A DNA stretch of 43,418 bases from Octopus bimaculoides (lineage: Eukaryota), in the NCBI RefSeq assembly GCF_001194135.2, contig NC_068998.1:26671983-26715400 (forward strand), written 5' to 3'. This document shows, in pieces, positions 24,850-36,514 of this stretch (within the stretch, counting starts at the first letter, position 1; each line of letters opens with the position of its first letter). A program made the position numbers and the translations under genes. The notes under the pieces were generated by a model. That model saw nothing but the letters and a program-made list of their open reading frames with translations, was not told where the DNA came from and did no database searches.

Positions 24850-25330
24850 ACGCCGCATCCATAGAAATTACTTATGAGAACATGGAGTTATCTACTCAAA
24901 TATCCAGAACTGCCTGTATGGCAAAATAGGAGACGCATCAATCAGTCAGCCGCCCTTCAACACTCTGCGAATACTTAAAGCGCCAAAACGGATTTTATAG
25001 GGGACAAGAGGTTAAATCGCAGAACACATTACGTCACAGCCTCACGCTGACTGGTCGATTTGTAGACCGATCACGTGAAACTGGTGGTTCACTAGTGGTG
25101 TCTGACCGAGTACCGAGTATCCAACGATTTGTGCTCGGATCCCCGTTACAATATCAACGGACACTTACCCAATGTGTTATACAATGAGATCGAACAGGGA
25201 ATAGTGTGGTAAATAATTCAACTTTTTAACCACTAGTCATGTTCCTGTTTAAATTAACTAGATTCAGTTGGCACTCGAAAGTGGGCCGAAGAATCGGCTC
25301 ACTTGGAACGGATCACCATTTTGACTGTCA
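24850..25330. promoter_or_regulatory. CpG-rich, promoter-like unique segment
   Basis: Visibly dense CpG. CRE-like TTACGTCA near 25033 and palindromic E-box TCACGTGA at 25070-25077. Minus-strand donors TGG|GTAAGT (25168) and CAA|GTGAGC (25302), the latter after CAAAATGG. Confidence 0.4.
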
Positions 25331-25389
25331 ATCATTTTGCTGATAAGTCTGAAATAGTAGAAGACCTGGCCAGATACATTGCTAATTGT

Positions 25390-25443
<54 letters not shown>

Positions 25444-25690
25444 CATATGACTACATTCGATGTGTTTTTTACTCTTGAAGACACTAAGGAGAATTATCTG
25501 TTGTTTCCAGCAAGTCTACCGATTACATAGAGACTCCCTCTTTTGCTTGTTAAAATTACTAAACGAAAACAAAAACGTGTATATTGTCTACCCCAATCAA
25601 CAATTTCTTTATTAACATGAGAACATTGATCAACTAAAGAACTTGGTAATATTGATTAGTTAAGCATTGGATTTTGAAGTTCAACAAGTG

Positions 25691-26069
25691 GTACTCCGTC
25701 GCTTACGACGACGAGGGTTCCAGTTGATCCGATCAACGGAACAGCCTGCTTGTGAAATTAACATGCAAGTGGCTGAGCACTCCACAGACACGTGTACCCT
25801 TAACGTAATTCTCGAGGAGATTCAGCGTGACACAGAGTGTGACAAGGCTGGCCCTTTGAAATACAGGCATAACAGAAACAGGAAGAAAGAGTGAGAGAAG
25901 GTTGTGGTGAAAGAGTACAGCAGGGTTCGCCCCCAACCCCTACGGGAGCCACGTGGAGCTTTAGGTGTTTTCGCTCAATAAACACTCACAGCGCCCGGTC
26001 TGGGAATCGAAACCGTGATCCTATGACCACGAGCCCGCTGCCCTAACTACTGGGCCATTGCGCTTCCGC
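25691..26069 (-). mobile_element. tRNA-derived SINE family B with 10-bp TSD
   Basis: Head gcgcaatggcccagtagttagggcagcg...ggtttcgattccc. TCAACAAGTG occurs at 25681-25690 and 26070-26079. Reverse complement of the 29224-29584 copy. Confidence 0.92.
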
Positions 26070-26707
26070 TCAACAAGTGTATAACATCAACATGAGGCAA
26101 CAAGGGAACCTCTAAGCTTCGTTCGAGTTGTTAGAAATAACGGCCAAGACTGCGTCAAATCACACATATATCTTATAACAGTAAGGACACACTGAGTAAT
26201 GTGGGTCTGGATATACCTAGGCAGGGCAGACGCCAGAGTAGACCAGCCCCCTGTCTCCCACTTCAGTAATGTGTGTGTGCCATTAATTTTTTTTTCACTA
26301 CTTTATCCAGCTATCACCTTCTTTACACCAGCTGGAACATACAATCGAAATATAATTAACTTGCGAATAAGAAATCTATAGAGTAAGGATATTATCCGCC
26401 AAAATTTGAAACGTTTCACTTTCATGTGGTGAGTCGAAACCCCAAAAGTGTCCCTCGTTTCCCACACCCCCAACTTTTCCTCGAATCTCCTTTGTTCTTG
26501 GAATCAGCTCACCTTCTCTCTTTACTAAATTCCCGTGTTTTGAATTGGTTTCAGAAATTTTGTCTAATCTGTATAGAATTTAAAGGACCCCCCCCTCCCC
26601 GGATTTTAGTGATTTAGGTGACAACAAAATTAAATGTGCCACAAAAAACAGTTACTGCTTACAGGTTGATCACCACGAAAAGATTCCATTTCATCAATAT
26701 AATATGG

Positions 26708-26919
26708 TTTCAAATTTTGGCACAAAGCCAGCAAGTTCGGTGGATGGGATAAGTCGACTACATCGACCCCAGGGCTCAACTGGTACTTATCTCGTCGATC
26801 TCAAAAGGATGAAAGATAAAGTCGACCTCAGCGGAATTTGAACTCAGACGGTAAAGAATCACAAAATGCTGCTAAGCATTTTTCCTGGCGTGCTAACGAT
26901 TCTGCCAGCTCCCTGCCTT
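26708..26919 (-). mobile_element. SINE family A copy with 20-bp target-site duplication
   Basis: A-box-like TGGCAGAATCGTTAG and B-box GTTCAAATTC on the minus strand. ATTTCATCAATATAATATGG is duplicated at 26688-26707 and 26920-26939. Confidence 0.92.
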
Positions 26920-27188
26920 ATTTCATCAATATAATATGGAAAGTCAATAAAATGTTTTTACCAGATGATTCATACTTAGAATATAAAAGGAAAATATTTA
27001 TGAAAAATTAGGACAATTAAGTAATGATTGGAGAGATGACCCCTCACCTTTGGTCCGCGGTGCCCATAAATTTTCCACCGCTCACTTTGAGCTCTGGCCT
27101 AGTGCTGCCGGTTTTACTTCTAGGGCTATACAATAACACTAAAAAAAATACTTCATTGACATTGTGAATATTATTTGATACATGAAGG

Positions 27189-27840
27189 AGGCAAGCTGGC
27201 AGAATCGTTAGCACGCCGGACAAAATGCTAAGCGGTACTTCGTCCGTTTTTACGTTCTCAGTTCAAATTTCGTCGAGGTCGACTTTGGCTTTCATCCTTT
27301 CGGGGTCGATAGAATAAGTAGCAGTTGAGCACTGGGGTTGATATAATCGATTTACCCCTTCCCCCGAAATTACTGGTCTTGTGCCCAAATTGGAAACCAT
27401 TATTATCTGATATATTAAGGCTTCGAGCTGGCAGAATTGATACCATGTTCGGGGCAAAATATTCAACGGGATTTCTTCCGGCTGTTTGCGTTCTGAGTTC
27501 AAATACCACCGAGATAACTTATCTTTCCATCGTTTCGGGTCAAGCTATGGGGGCGATGAAGTCGACTGACCCTCCCTCCCTCTAAAATTGCTTACCTTGG
27601 GTTAGAATTCCAAACAACATTATCTGTCAGACTAAAAGGGTGGCGAGTCAGCAGAATCGTTGGGCAGGCGAAATGTTGGGGAGCATTTCTTCCCGACCTT
27701 TACGTTCTGAGTTCAAATAACAGTGCAGGTCCACGGTGCCTTTCATCCTTTCGAAGTCGTTAAAATAAGCACCAGTCAAGGGCGGGGGAACGATGTAATC
27801 GACTAGTTCCTTCCTCTCAAAATCGCTGGCCTTGTGTAGT
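27189..27840 (+). mobile_element. Three consecutive SINE family A copies (about 27189-27400, 27421-27590, 27637-27840)
   Basis: Each has the ..gagctggcagaa..ctgagttcaaat..tttcatccttt..gtcga.. pattern. Confidence 0.88.
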
Positions 27841-27874
27841 ATTAAATGACATCATTCAATATCCATCCTCTTTA

Positions 27875-28080
27875 AGGCGGCGAACTGGCAGAAACGTTAG
27901 CACGCCGGGCGAAATGCTTAGCGGTATTTCGTCTGTCTTTAAATTCTGAGTTCAAATTCTGCTTAGGTCGACTTTGCCCTTCATCCTTTCGGGGTCGATA
28001 AATTAAGTATCAGTTGCGTATTGGGGTCGATCTTATCGACTGGCCCCCTCTCTCAAAATTTTGTGCCTTGAGTAGAAAAG
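27875..28080 (+). mobile_element. SINE family A copy with 17-bp TSD
   Basis: Head ggcggcgaactggcagaaacgttagcacgccggg. AATATCCA(T/C)CCTCTTTA occurs at 27858-27874 and 28081-28097. Confidence 0.92.
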
Positions 28081-28571
28081 AATATCCACCCTCTTTATAA
28101 CATATTTTAAATGAATTTTATTTTATTTTTTATGTGATCGAGCTGTTCTAATATCAAAGTCGTTCTAGCTATGACCAACCCTTATTATTTTCAGCATTTA
28201 ACATTTTCAGATATTTATCTTTGATGTATGCAGTACCGCCATATTGTTCAATACATGGTACTATTTTAAGAATTTGGTGAGTTATATTTGTAACTCTAGT
28301 ACTTTTACCCCGGCAAATTTTTAATCAAAATCTATCCATGCAATCAAAAAGGACGAAATGACTCATAGACAAGCACTGTCGTTATAAACAATTAGCAAAC
28401 GTCCTCAGCCTATTACGCTTGACCTCTCCTACGGAGATGCAGGTGACTGCGTCGATACGAAGACGTAATTGCTAGATGACAAGCTGTCACTTTGTATCAT
28501 AGCAACACTGCTCTATGCCTACAGTTATGACAGTTAACTTTCCATGGCCCAATTTACCGACAATTAGACAA

Positions 28572-28632
28572 CAGGAGCCCGCCACTTACGAATCGGTTAC
28601 TTAATCGAGTGATTAATTTGTAAGTGGTCCTG
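28572..28632 (+). ncRNA. Pre-miRNA-like hairpin (candidate)
   Basis: CAGGA:UCCUG (5 bp), CCACUUACGAAU:AUUUGUAAGUGG (12 bp) and GGUUACUU:GAGUGAUU (8 bp). All five non-Watson-Crick pairs within these helices are G-U on the + strand. Confidence 0.35.
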
Positions 28633-29223
28633 ATTTCGGTTTCTAGATGTACCACGATAGAATTGTTAACATCAAATTGGGAGCAATGTAACCAATTCTG
28701 TTACGACCATAATAGAAACTTAAAAGCAATAAGAAGAAATTTCTTACCTGTGGCGTGTATACGTATCTCAGAACAAGAGGTAAGTTCCATGACTAGGAAG
28801 TTCGCTGTCCACTTTCAGTACAATACTAAAATCCAAATCAGTTCTTATCGTATTAAGCCTTCGAAAAAAAAAAATGGACCCGAATGTGAGATTCATTCTT
28901 CTCTTAAAACTGTGGTTCTGTTCTTAAATAAACTGTTATTCTTTCTGTGCTTCAAATAGTAAAAACTTTATATTTATTTTGTTTAGCACTTCATTGAGCT
29001 CTCTTATGCTTAAAAAACCTTAGTGGTGACCAACCGAATTTTTTTTTCAGACATTATGTGTCTAAGACAGTCATGGGAAAATGTCTTTCGTGTAGCGGGT
29101 TGCATGAGACGACTCGTCATCAGCTGGTGCCCACCATTAAAAATGTTCAAGGTAATTTTTTGTTAAGCATACCATTATGAAAGTTATGCGGTCTGTAGTT
29201 TATCGGTGACTAATGTAGAACTC

Positions 29224-29584
29224 AGTGGAGGCGCAATGGCCCAGTGGTTAAGGCAGCGGACTCGCGGTTTCGATTCCCAGACCAGGCGTTGTGAGTGTTT
29301 ATTGAGCGAAAACACCTAAAGCTCCACGTGGCTCCGGCAGGGGATGGTGGCGAACCTCTTTTATAACAACTTTCTCTCACTCTTACTTCCTGTTTCTGTT
29401 GTGCCTGTAATTCAAAAGGTCAGCCTTGTCACAATGTGTCACGTTGAATATCCCGAGAACTGCGTTAAGGGTACACGTGTCTGTGGAGTGCTCAGCCACT
29501 TGCACGTTAATTTCACGAGCAGGCTGTTCCGTTGATCGGATCAACTGGAACCCTCGACGTCGTAAGCGACGGAGTGCCAACAAC
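29224..29584 (+). mobile_element. SINE family B copy with a small head deletion
   Basis: Matches 25691-26069. Degenerate TSD AATGTAGAACTC / AATGAAGGACTC (10/12). Confidence 0.92.
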
Positions 29585-31026
29585 AATGAAGGACTCTATT
29601 ATTCGGAGAGCGGAGTTTGAGTGGGACTTCTAGCAGGTGAAAAGTCAACGTAGAAATTTCCTTAGGGCTCAAAGATAGAGTCATTCCGTATCATCGTCTA
29701 TCTTCGTTGTTTTATTTCTTGTAATAACCCACTTGTAATAGCCAAACAGTGAATCAAACATCACCAACGTTACAACACTGACACGCGTACGCGCACGCAC
29801 TTGCGCATGCACGCATACAAATCAATAACAACGGTTAAATAACTTTCATCTATTGAAAGTTGACTGAAAGACTGTGAGGTAATTTCCTTTGAGATCAACT
29901 TTACATTTTATCACACCGGGCTCATTAAAATAAGTACCAAATGGCCATTTAATCTTACATATTTATGATCTTGTGCTAAATTTAAATAGTTATAAGAAGA
30001 AAGTAACGCCATCTTTGTGTTCAATATAAATCATAGCACAATAACTACATAAATAGTAACCATCCTGCAAATTGTTATCCTTGCCCGGATGATATATCTC
30101 AAGGAAGTAGTGCTTGAAACATTCCACAACCAAGTCATTTACTTGTCTTCATATGTACTATCAACGGAGGTAATTTTTGAAAAAGAACTCGACGATCGCG
30201 AGGAACTCTGAAATATATCCAATAATTTTGAAGAGACTGACGAGATAATGTTACAGGAAATTATGCAGTTGGGATTCCAAAAACGTAAATTTCAGCAAGG
30301 TAAACACAAACTCTTTGATACAGTAATTAAGTGTTTACTGTTGCAATAAGACTTCAGATAATTTTCTCCAGCCGTTTCGAGTGTTTCTTGTAACTGTTGC
30401 AAGAAAATGTAGCTGAGAGTATTTTGTAGCACCGAACAGCATTTCTTTGTCACAAAGTATAAACCAGGAGAGAGCAAAGAGAAAAGTTACATACTCCTGT
30501 TCACAAAATTCGCATCTATTAGTACCACAAACTCTTCAGAAAGTATCGAGATAAAAAATTTTCAATCGGAAAATGCAAAAGCTATGATACTATTTTCTGT
30601 ATCTTTAAAACGGAAGACTCTGCCAAAATACGGGCTGAAATTGTCAGATTTAATTCTGACTATACATTATAGCCACAATAAGGGATATTGGACGTGACAT
30701 AGACCAATGACTAATAATAATTTGTCTGTCACTATATAGGAGAGTGCTTAAAAGTAGGGCTAATGAAAGGTAACCTGTAGGCAGGAGGCCTTGAAATGGA
30801 CTTTCAGACCCTAATAGCCCACAACGACCGCAGTGCTATACCGAAACAGAGCCCAACGAAAAGACCATGGTGTGAAGATTAAGGACTAAGACCAAGAAGC
30901 CTAATTATTACATTTGTCGGAGTAAAACAGATGTTAAAGATGAATACCTGGAAAGATGGGGCAGGTTAACTAGAAACAAGTAAAACGAAAATAATGGAGA
31001 GAAACAGCTAGTACTTTTATAAAGCC

Positions 31027-31160
31027 TGGTACTTACTTTATCGGTCACTTGTGCCGAACCGCTAAGTTACATGGAAGTAAACATACCAACAGCGGTTGGC
31101 AAGCAGTAGTGGGGGACAAGCACAGGTACAAAGACATACACACACACATGCATACATACA

Positions 31161-31197
<37 letters not shown>

Positions 31198-31358
31198 GAC
31201 GGGCTTCTTTCAGTTTCCCTCTACCAAATCCACTCACAAAACCTTTGATCGGCCCAAAGCCATAGCAGAAGACAATTGATCAAGACACAAGACCGTGGGA
31301 CTGAACCCGAAATTATGTAGTTGAGAAGCAAGCTTGTTACCACCCAGCCACGCCTGCT
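31027..31358 (-). mobile_element. SINE family C copy
   Basis: Colinear with 36080-36514, including the central (TA)n followed by cgacgggcttctttcagtttcc. Confidence 0.88.
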
Positions 31359-31405
31359 GCTATATGTATGTGGATGTGCATATGATCGTGTGCTTATGTG
31401 AGTGT

Positions 31406-31488
<83 letters not shown>

Positions 31489-31959
31489 CGTATGTATGTG
31501 TGTGCATGTATATGTGTGTGTACCTTTAAAATTCTTAACACATCTTTCCATGTATTGCATGACGTCTCTAATCACTTCCCTCCGTAATTTGTAAACGCGG
31601 TTTTTCTCATCTTCTCCACATTATTCTTTTATCACTTTCTAAACCCCAATTAAAGTTTCGTACTCTTTGTATCTCTTTGAACTTTTGTGACTAATTGAGA
31701 AATGTTTATTATTATTGGTGCTTTTGTCGAGAGGCACAACTGGAGATGGAGGTTTTGAAAAATACATTGTGCTTGAGAAAAGCATTCTTTTTTGTCTTTT
31801 TTGATCGAATAATAAAAGCCTAATTGAGAATTTAATTCACCACATGAAGATTCTACATGCGTCATGCAAGACATTATCTCTGCATGTGAAAATATAAAAA
31901 AAAGGCACAAACATTTTTCATAGAAAAGAAAAATATGTTTACTTTTTTTTTCTTTTTTG

Positions 31960-32180
31960 CCCACAAGGGGCTAAACATACAGGGGACAAACAAGGACAGA
32001 CAAAGGGATTAAGTCGATTGCATCGACCCCAGTGCGTAACTGGTACTTAATTTATCGACCCCGAAAGAATGAAAGGCAAAGTCGACCTCGGCAGAATTTG
32101 AACTCAGAACGTAACGGCAGACGAAATACCGCTAAGCATTTCGCCCGACGTGCTAATGTTTCTGCCAGCTCACCGCCCTA
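31960..32180 (-). mobile_element. SINE family A copy with a variant 3-prime tail
   Basis: Head and body match family A; the tail ggggctaaacatacaggggacaaacaagg differs from the other copies. Confidence 0.88.
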
Positions 32181-32829
32181 TTTGCAATTATAGAGTTGAA
32201 AATGAATACAGAAGTATTCAAACGGTGCAGAGAAAAAGTGTGTCGCTAGAAAACTGTTTGAATCGCACCTCACTTTGTTACAATATGTAACACGTAAGTC
32301 TAGAGGTAGACACAGTGCGAGAAAAATTGAGTTGTGTCTTACCATAAAGTGATTTGTAATAATCTATTATGGCGTCGAAGAGAGTTCGTTGATGATGTCA
32401 TACCTCATTGGTTTCCTGTAAGCCACTGGTCAATTTTTAACAGTATGATCGGGAGGGGAATCTTAGCATCACGTGAGGGTGTCTCTAGCCGATATAACAA
32501 GATAAACTGACTGAAGAGTAGGCCAATCACAATATTATCAAGAGAGAGCTCATCGGTTGCTACAGAACCTCGCCACAAAACATGAAGTGGTAGAAGAAAG
32601 TTGCTGTCTCTATAAAAAATGTCATTGAGTGTGAACAGAAACAGAAATGTTTTCTTTTTTTTGTATATGAGTGTTAAAAATTAATTGTGCAAATTCTTAT
32701 GGTCATCGAACATATCTCCCAAGTTTGATATAATATTTCGTGCATGTTCCAGGTACCGTCAAATGTCTATTGTGGCTTTGTACATGTTCCATTGATGCTG
32801 ATGTTATATTAAACACAATAATCTATTCA

Positions 32830-34425
32830 TGATTAAGCCAAGTAGTCTTTTCGACGACAGTTGGTCTTAAAAAAAACAGCTGTTGTCCTTTTATTCATTT
32901 ATTTCCATTATGATTTCGCTTATATTGAATAACTTTGTACGGATCTGTATAAGGCGCTTGCAAGGGTTTTGGAACAGTGTCTCTGCAAAAGAAAACATGC
33001 GAGAAAATAAACAATTCTGCTGGAACATGAACTTTAACGTTTTTGGTGTCGAGAGATTATTTGTAGAACCTTCGTAATCTGACTTCGCAAATGATGCACG
33101 AACTAAGATGGATCTTCTGCTGAATCTATGTCAAACGCAGTGATCATCTGTCCAGGTAGTTTTAGAGCTATTCATTAGATCAATTCTGCTGTGGGGAGAA
33201 CTCCTAGAAGTACTCACGGTAAAATTCGAGCCATATTTGGTTGAGCCTTGAGAGCTGTCTTAAATTAGTATTGTAAACGTTCAATGAAGCCGTTAGCTTT
33301 CTCGTAACAGGTGGTAGTTTCAAATCTAGGGCAGTCAATCAACTTTCTAAATTCATAAAAACGACTGGATTTGAATTATATTTGACAGAGATCAAGTATA
33401 ATTGTAGTTGTAGAAACGTGTATGATAAACTCATTCTTGTTGTTTTCTGTCACGAGATAAATTCATGAAGGGTTGGAAACTAGGAATTTTCTCAGTTTGC
33501 ATAGCAATATAAGAGCCGAGAAATTAAGGTTTGATTATAATTTTCTATGCTGGGGTCGAATTCCGTCTTTATCGATAACATTTTCCAAGAAAGTGAGGGA
33601 AGGGCCTTCGAATTCACACTTGTTGAGATTAATAACAATACCATGATGTCAAAGATGTCCGATCAGGGTTATGAGATGTTTGAGGATTTTAAATGGTAGA
33701 TCCTGCAGAGCAGAGGCTATAAAACGTTGGAATATTTGAAAAGCATGTCATAGACCAGATGACATGCAAAGGAATTCAAACAGTCCGAAAGGTAACGCTA
33801 TGGCTATTTTATGAATATACCCCGAAATAATAGACATCGGGTGATAATTATTCACAGGATCAATTTTAGAGTAGATCAGGAAAATTCGAGAGCAGAAAAA
33901 TTGTGGAAGTGAAGTATTAGATATCTGTATGAGACTATGACGTTATTAAGAATGCGGTAATCTCCACATGACTTCAAATCACATGACGAGATTATGTAAA
34001 GAAAAGATGACTATGGACTTTGAGAAAGGCAGCATGTGTTGAAACTCAACTCTGACGTTTTTCAACTGAGCAGGAGCAAGCCTTCGAGGACGAACAGCAA
34101 CTATTGGTTACGATGTGATGCGTAACAAAATCAGTAGCTTATTTTTTTATGTATCATTCGTCAGATTGGGTCAACGTACTGTTTTACAAGAGTCCCATTT
34201 TTGTCCTTGCTGGTGTCGGAAATAATGGACTAACACGTTTCGAAAAATCACTGGGAGGTAATAAGTTGGTAGTAGAATCCAATTAACGTCGTCGTTTTAA
34301 ATCCACAAGAATACCAAAGTGATATGAGAAGTCTGCACCTATAATTTGGATGGATAATTCCAGCCATCATAATGAAAATTCTTTTAAAACTTCTACGATG
34401 ACCTAAATTAAAAGTTAACTGGGAT
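32830..34425 (-). mobile_element. Gypsy/Ty3 LTR retrotransposon pol relic, heavily deleted
   Basis: Minus strand, with frameshifts: protease end IIGADFSYHFGILVDLKRRRL; RT PFGLFEFLCMSSGL*HAFQIFQRF...GIVINLNKCEF; integrase C-terminus HVFFCRDTVPKPLQAPYTDPYKV. Ends are approximate and no LTRs were identified. Confidence 0.85.
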
Positions 34426-34459
34426 TACTAATAGGGTATGACTCAATCCATCGTTTACA

Positions 34460-34757
34460 ATGAGGGTTCCAGTTGATCCAATCAACGGAACAGCCTGCTC
34501 GTAAAATGAACGTGAAAGTGGCTGAGCACTACACAGACACATGTAACCTTAATGTAGTTCTCAGAGAGATTCAGCGTGACACGGAATGTGACAATGATGA
34601 CCCTTTTGAATTACAGGTACAATTTATTTTTGCCAGCTGAGTGGACTGGAGCAATGTGAAATAAAGTGTCTTGCCCAAGGATACAACGCCGCACCGCAGG
34701 GAATCGAACTCACGACTTTACGATCGTGAATCGATTAAACATTAAGCCACGCGCCTT
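34460..34757 (-). mobile_element. SINE with the family B 3-prime tail but a different tRNA-like head and body
   Basis: 34462-34621 matches the family B tail. 34622-34756 is unrelated to family B and carries CCTTGGGCAAG and a gttcgattccc B-box on the minus strand. Confidence 0.8.
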
Positions 34758-36079
34758 CAGTACATACGGAAGAATATCACATGCTTTTTACATGCGGGGA
34801 AAATGTGCGGAAATTTGAGCGTCCATATCAATTAAAAGATTACTGTTTGACGTGCTATCATATAAAAAAAAGTAGGTGACTTTCCGTTGATGTTTCAACA
34901 AATTCGTCGTGTCTATTTACCGTATTGGGAGTTTCCCGAAAACAAGAGAAACCAGAATCAGTGCATGCGTTAAGCTACAGTGTTGGATGCATTTGAGAGG
35001 TTTCACACAGAAGTTTCAGTAATACCAACAGTAGTGTTGATGTCAAGTTGAAGGACAGGAAAACGGCTTCGAAGACGCGAAAGCCTGAGAAAGAAATTGC
35101 ATTAGTGATCAGAAATGTCAGGTAGGCCCAAACGTTCGATATGTACAATAAATGTTTGCAACAAAATGATTACAATAGGGATGTTCTGTGAATAAGAAAC
35201 AGAAGCAGCGACCAGATACCCAAAAGTATGCACCGGCGTATAAACTTCGGAAATATTATCTACCAACTAATCTTTCAACGATAACTCTTTCTTTAACAGA
35301 AACAAGAATAGTTTTGGTACCGGGAGACAGATGAGGCAGGAATAACTGTATGAAGTATTGATACTAAGTAATTGATTCTCTTATGAAAGGGAAACATTTT
35401 TAATGACTTCACATTTTCAATTGTTCATTTATAAAAGAAGCGGAAGTTTCTATGGTAATATCTTTAACCTCCATGGACAGGGATTGAGACAAACTAGTAA
35501 TTATGAGATAATACTGAGCAACACCTGGAAAAAGCCTTGTTTCCTGAAAGAAAAATAATTTGAGTCAGTCATAAGGTGAGATTGTCCGTTCATGTGGTGT
35601 AGCAGCAGTCATCATGCCTGATATGGCAATGACTGTGTGAGAACAAGAAACTATTTGAAAGAGGATAGAATGACGAACAAAATAAAATAGCAGAGTGTAG
35701 TTTTAAACTACACTTTGAATTTTTTAAAAATCTCTCAGAATTGACATTTTGTTATTATAATGCGGATATGCAAATGCTATGTAGAAATCATCCTTTATCA
35801 TAATACTAAGGACTGGAGAGAGGTTAACAGTGTAAAAATAGTATTCCTGCAAACGGAGTCACCAGTCTAAAAATGCGATACAGGAAGAAATAAGACTAAA
35901 TTTATTCAAATTTAATTCATCAGATGAAAATTGTACATTGTGTAACCGAGAAACAATATAAATGCATGTAAGAAAAAAAATGCACGAACATTACATTTTT
36001 CGTTAGAGAGAAAAATATTAACTACAATGGCAGAAATTACAATATATACGGAAGTGTTGAAACGGTACACAGTAAAAGG

Positions 36080-36314
36080 GTTACTCTTTTACTCTTTTTC
36101 TTGTTTCAGTCATTTCACTGGAAATGACTGGCCATGCTGGAGCACCGCCTTTTTTAGTCGAGCTAATCGACCCCAGGACTTATTCTTTGTAAGCCTAGTA
36201 CTTATTTTATCGGTCTCTTTTGCCGAACCGTTAAGTTACGGGGACGTAAACACACCAGCATCGGTTGTCAGGTGATGTTGGGGCGACAAACACAGACACA
36301 CAAACATATACACA

Positions 36315-36351
<37 letters not shown>

Positions 36352-36514
36352 GACGGGCTTCTTTCAGTTTCCGTCTACAAAACCCACTCACAAGGCTTTG
36401 GTCGGCCCGAGGCTATAGTAAAAGACACTCGCCTAAGGTGCCACGCAGTGGGACTGAACCCGGAACTATGTGGTTGGTAAGCAACCTACTTACCACACAG
36501 CTACTCCTACGCCT
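36080..36514 (-). mobile_element. tRNA-derived SINE family C with internal (TA)n
   Basis: Minus-strand head ggcgtaggagtagctgtgtggtaagtagg...gggttcagtccc; central (TA)n at about 36319-36350. Confidence 0.9.

Noticed and set aside
29060-29130. Minus-strand CUGAUGA...GAAA with a 5-bp stem III
   Set aside because: Stems I and II do not pair, and the cleavage triplet would be CUU.
25691-36514. tRNA genes
   Set aside because: The A- and B-boxes belong to SINE heads, with no complete cloverleaf or poly-T terminator.
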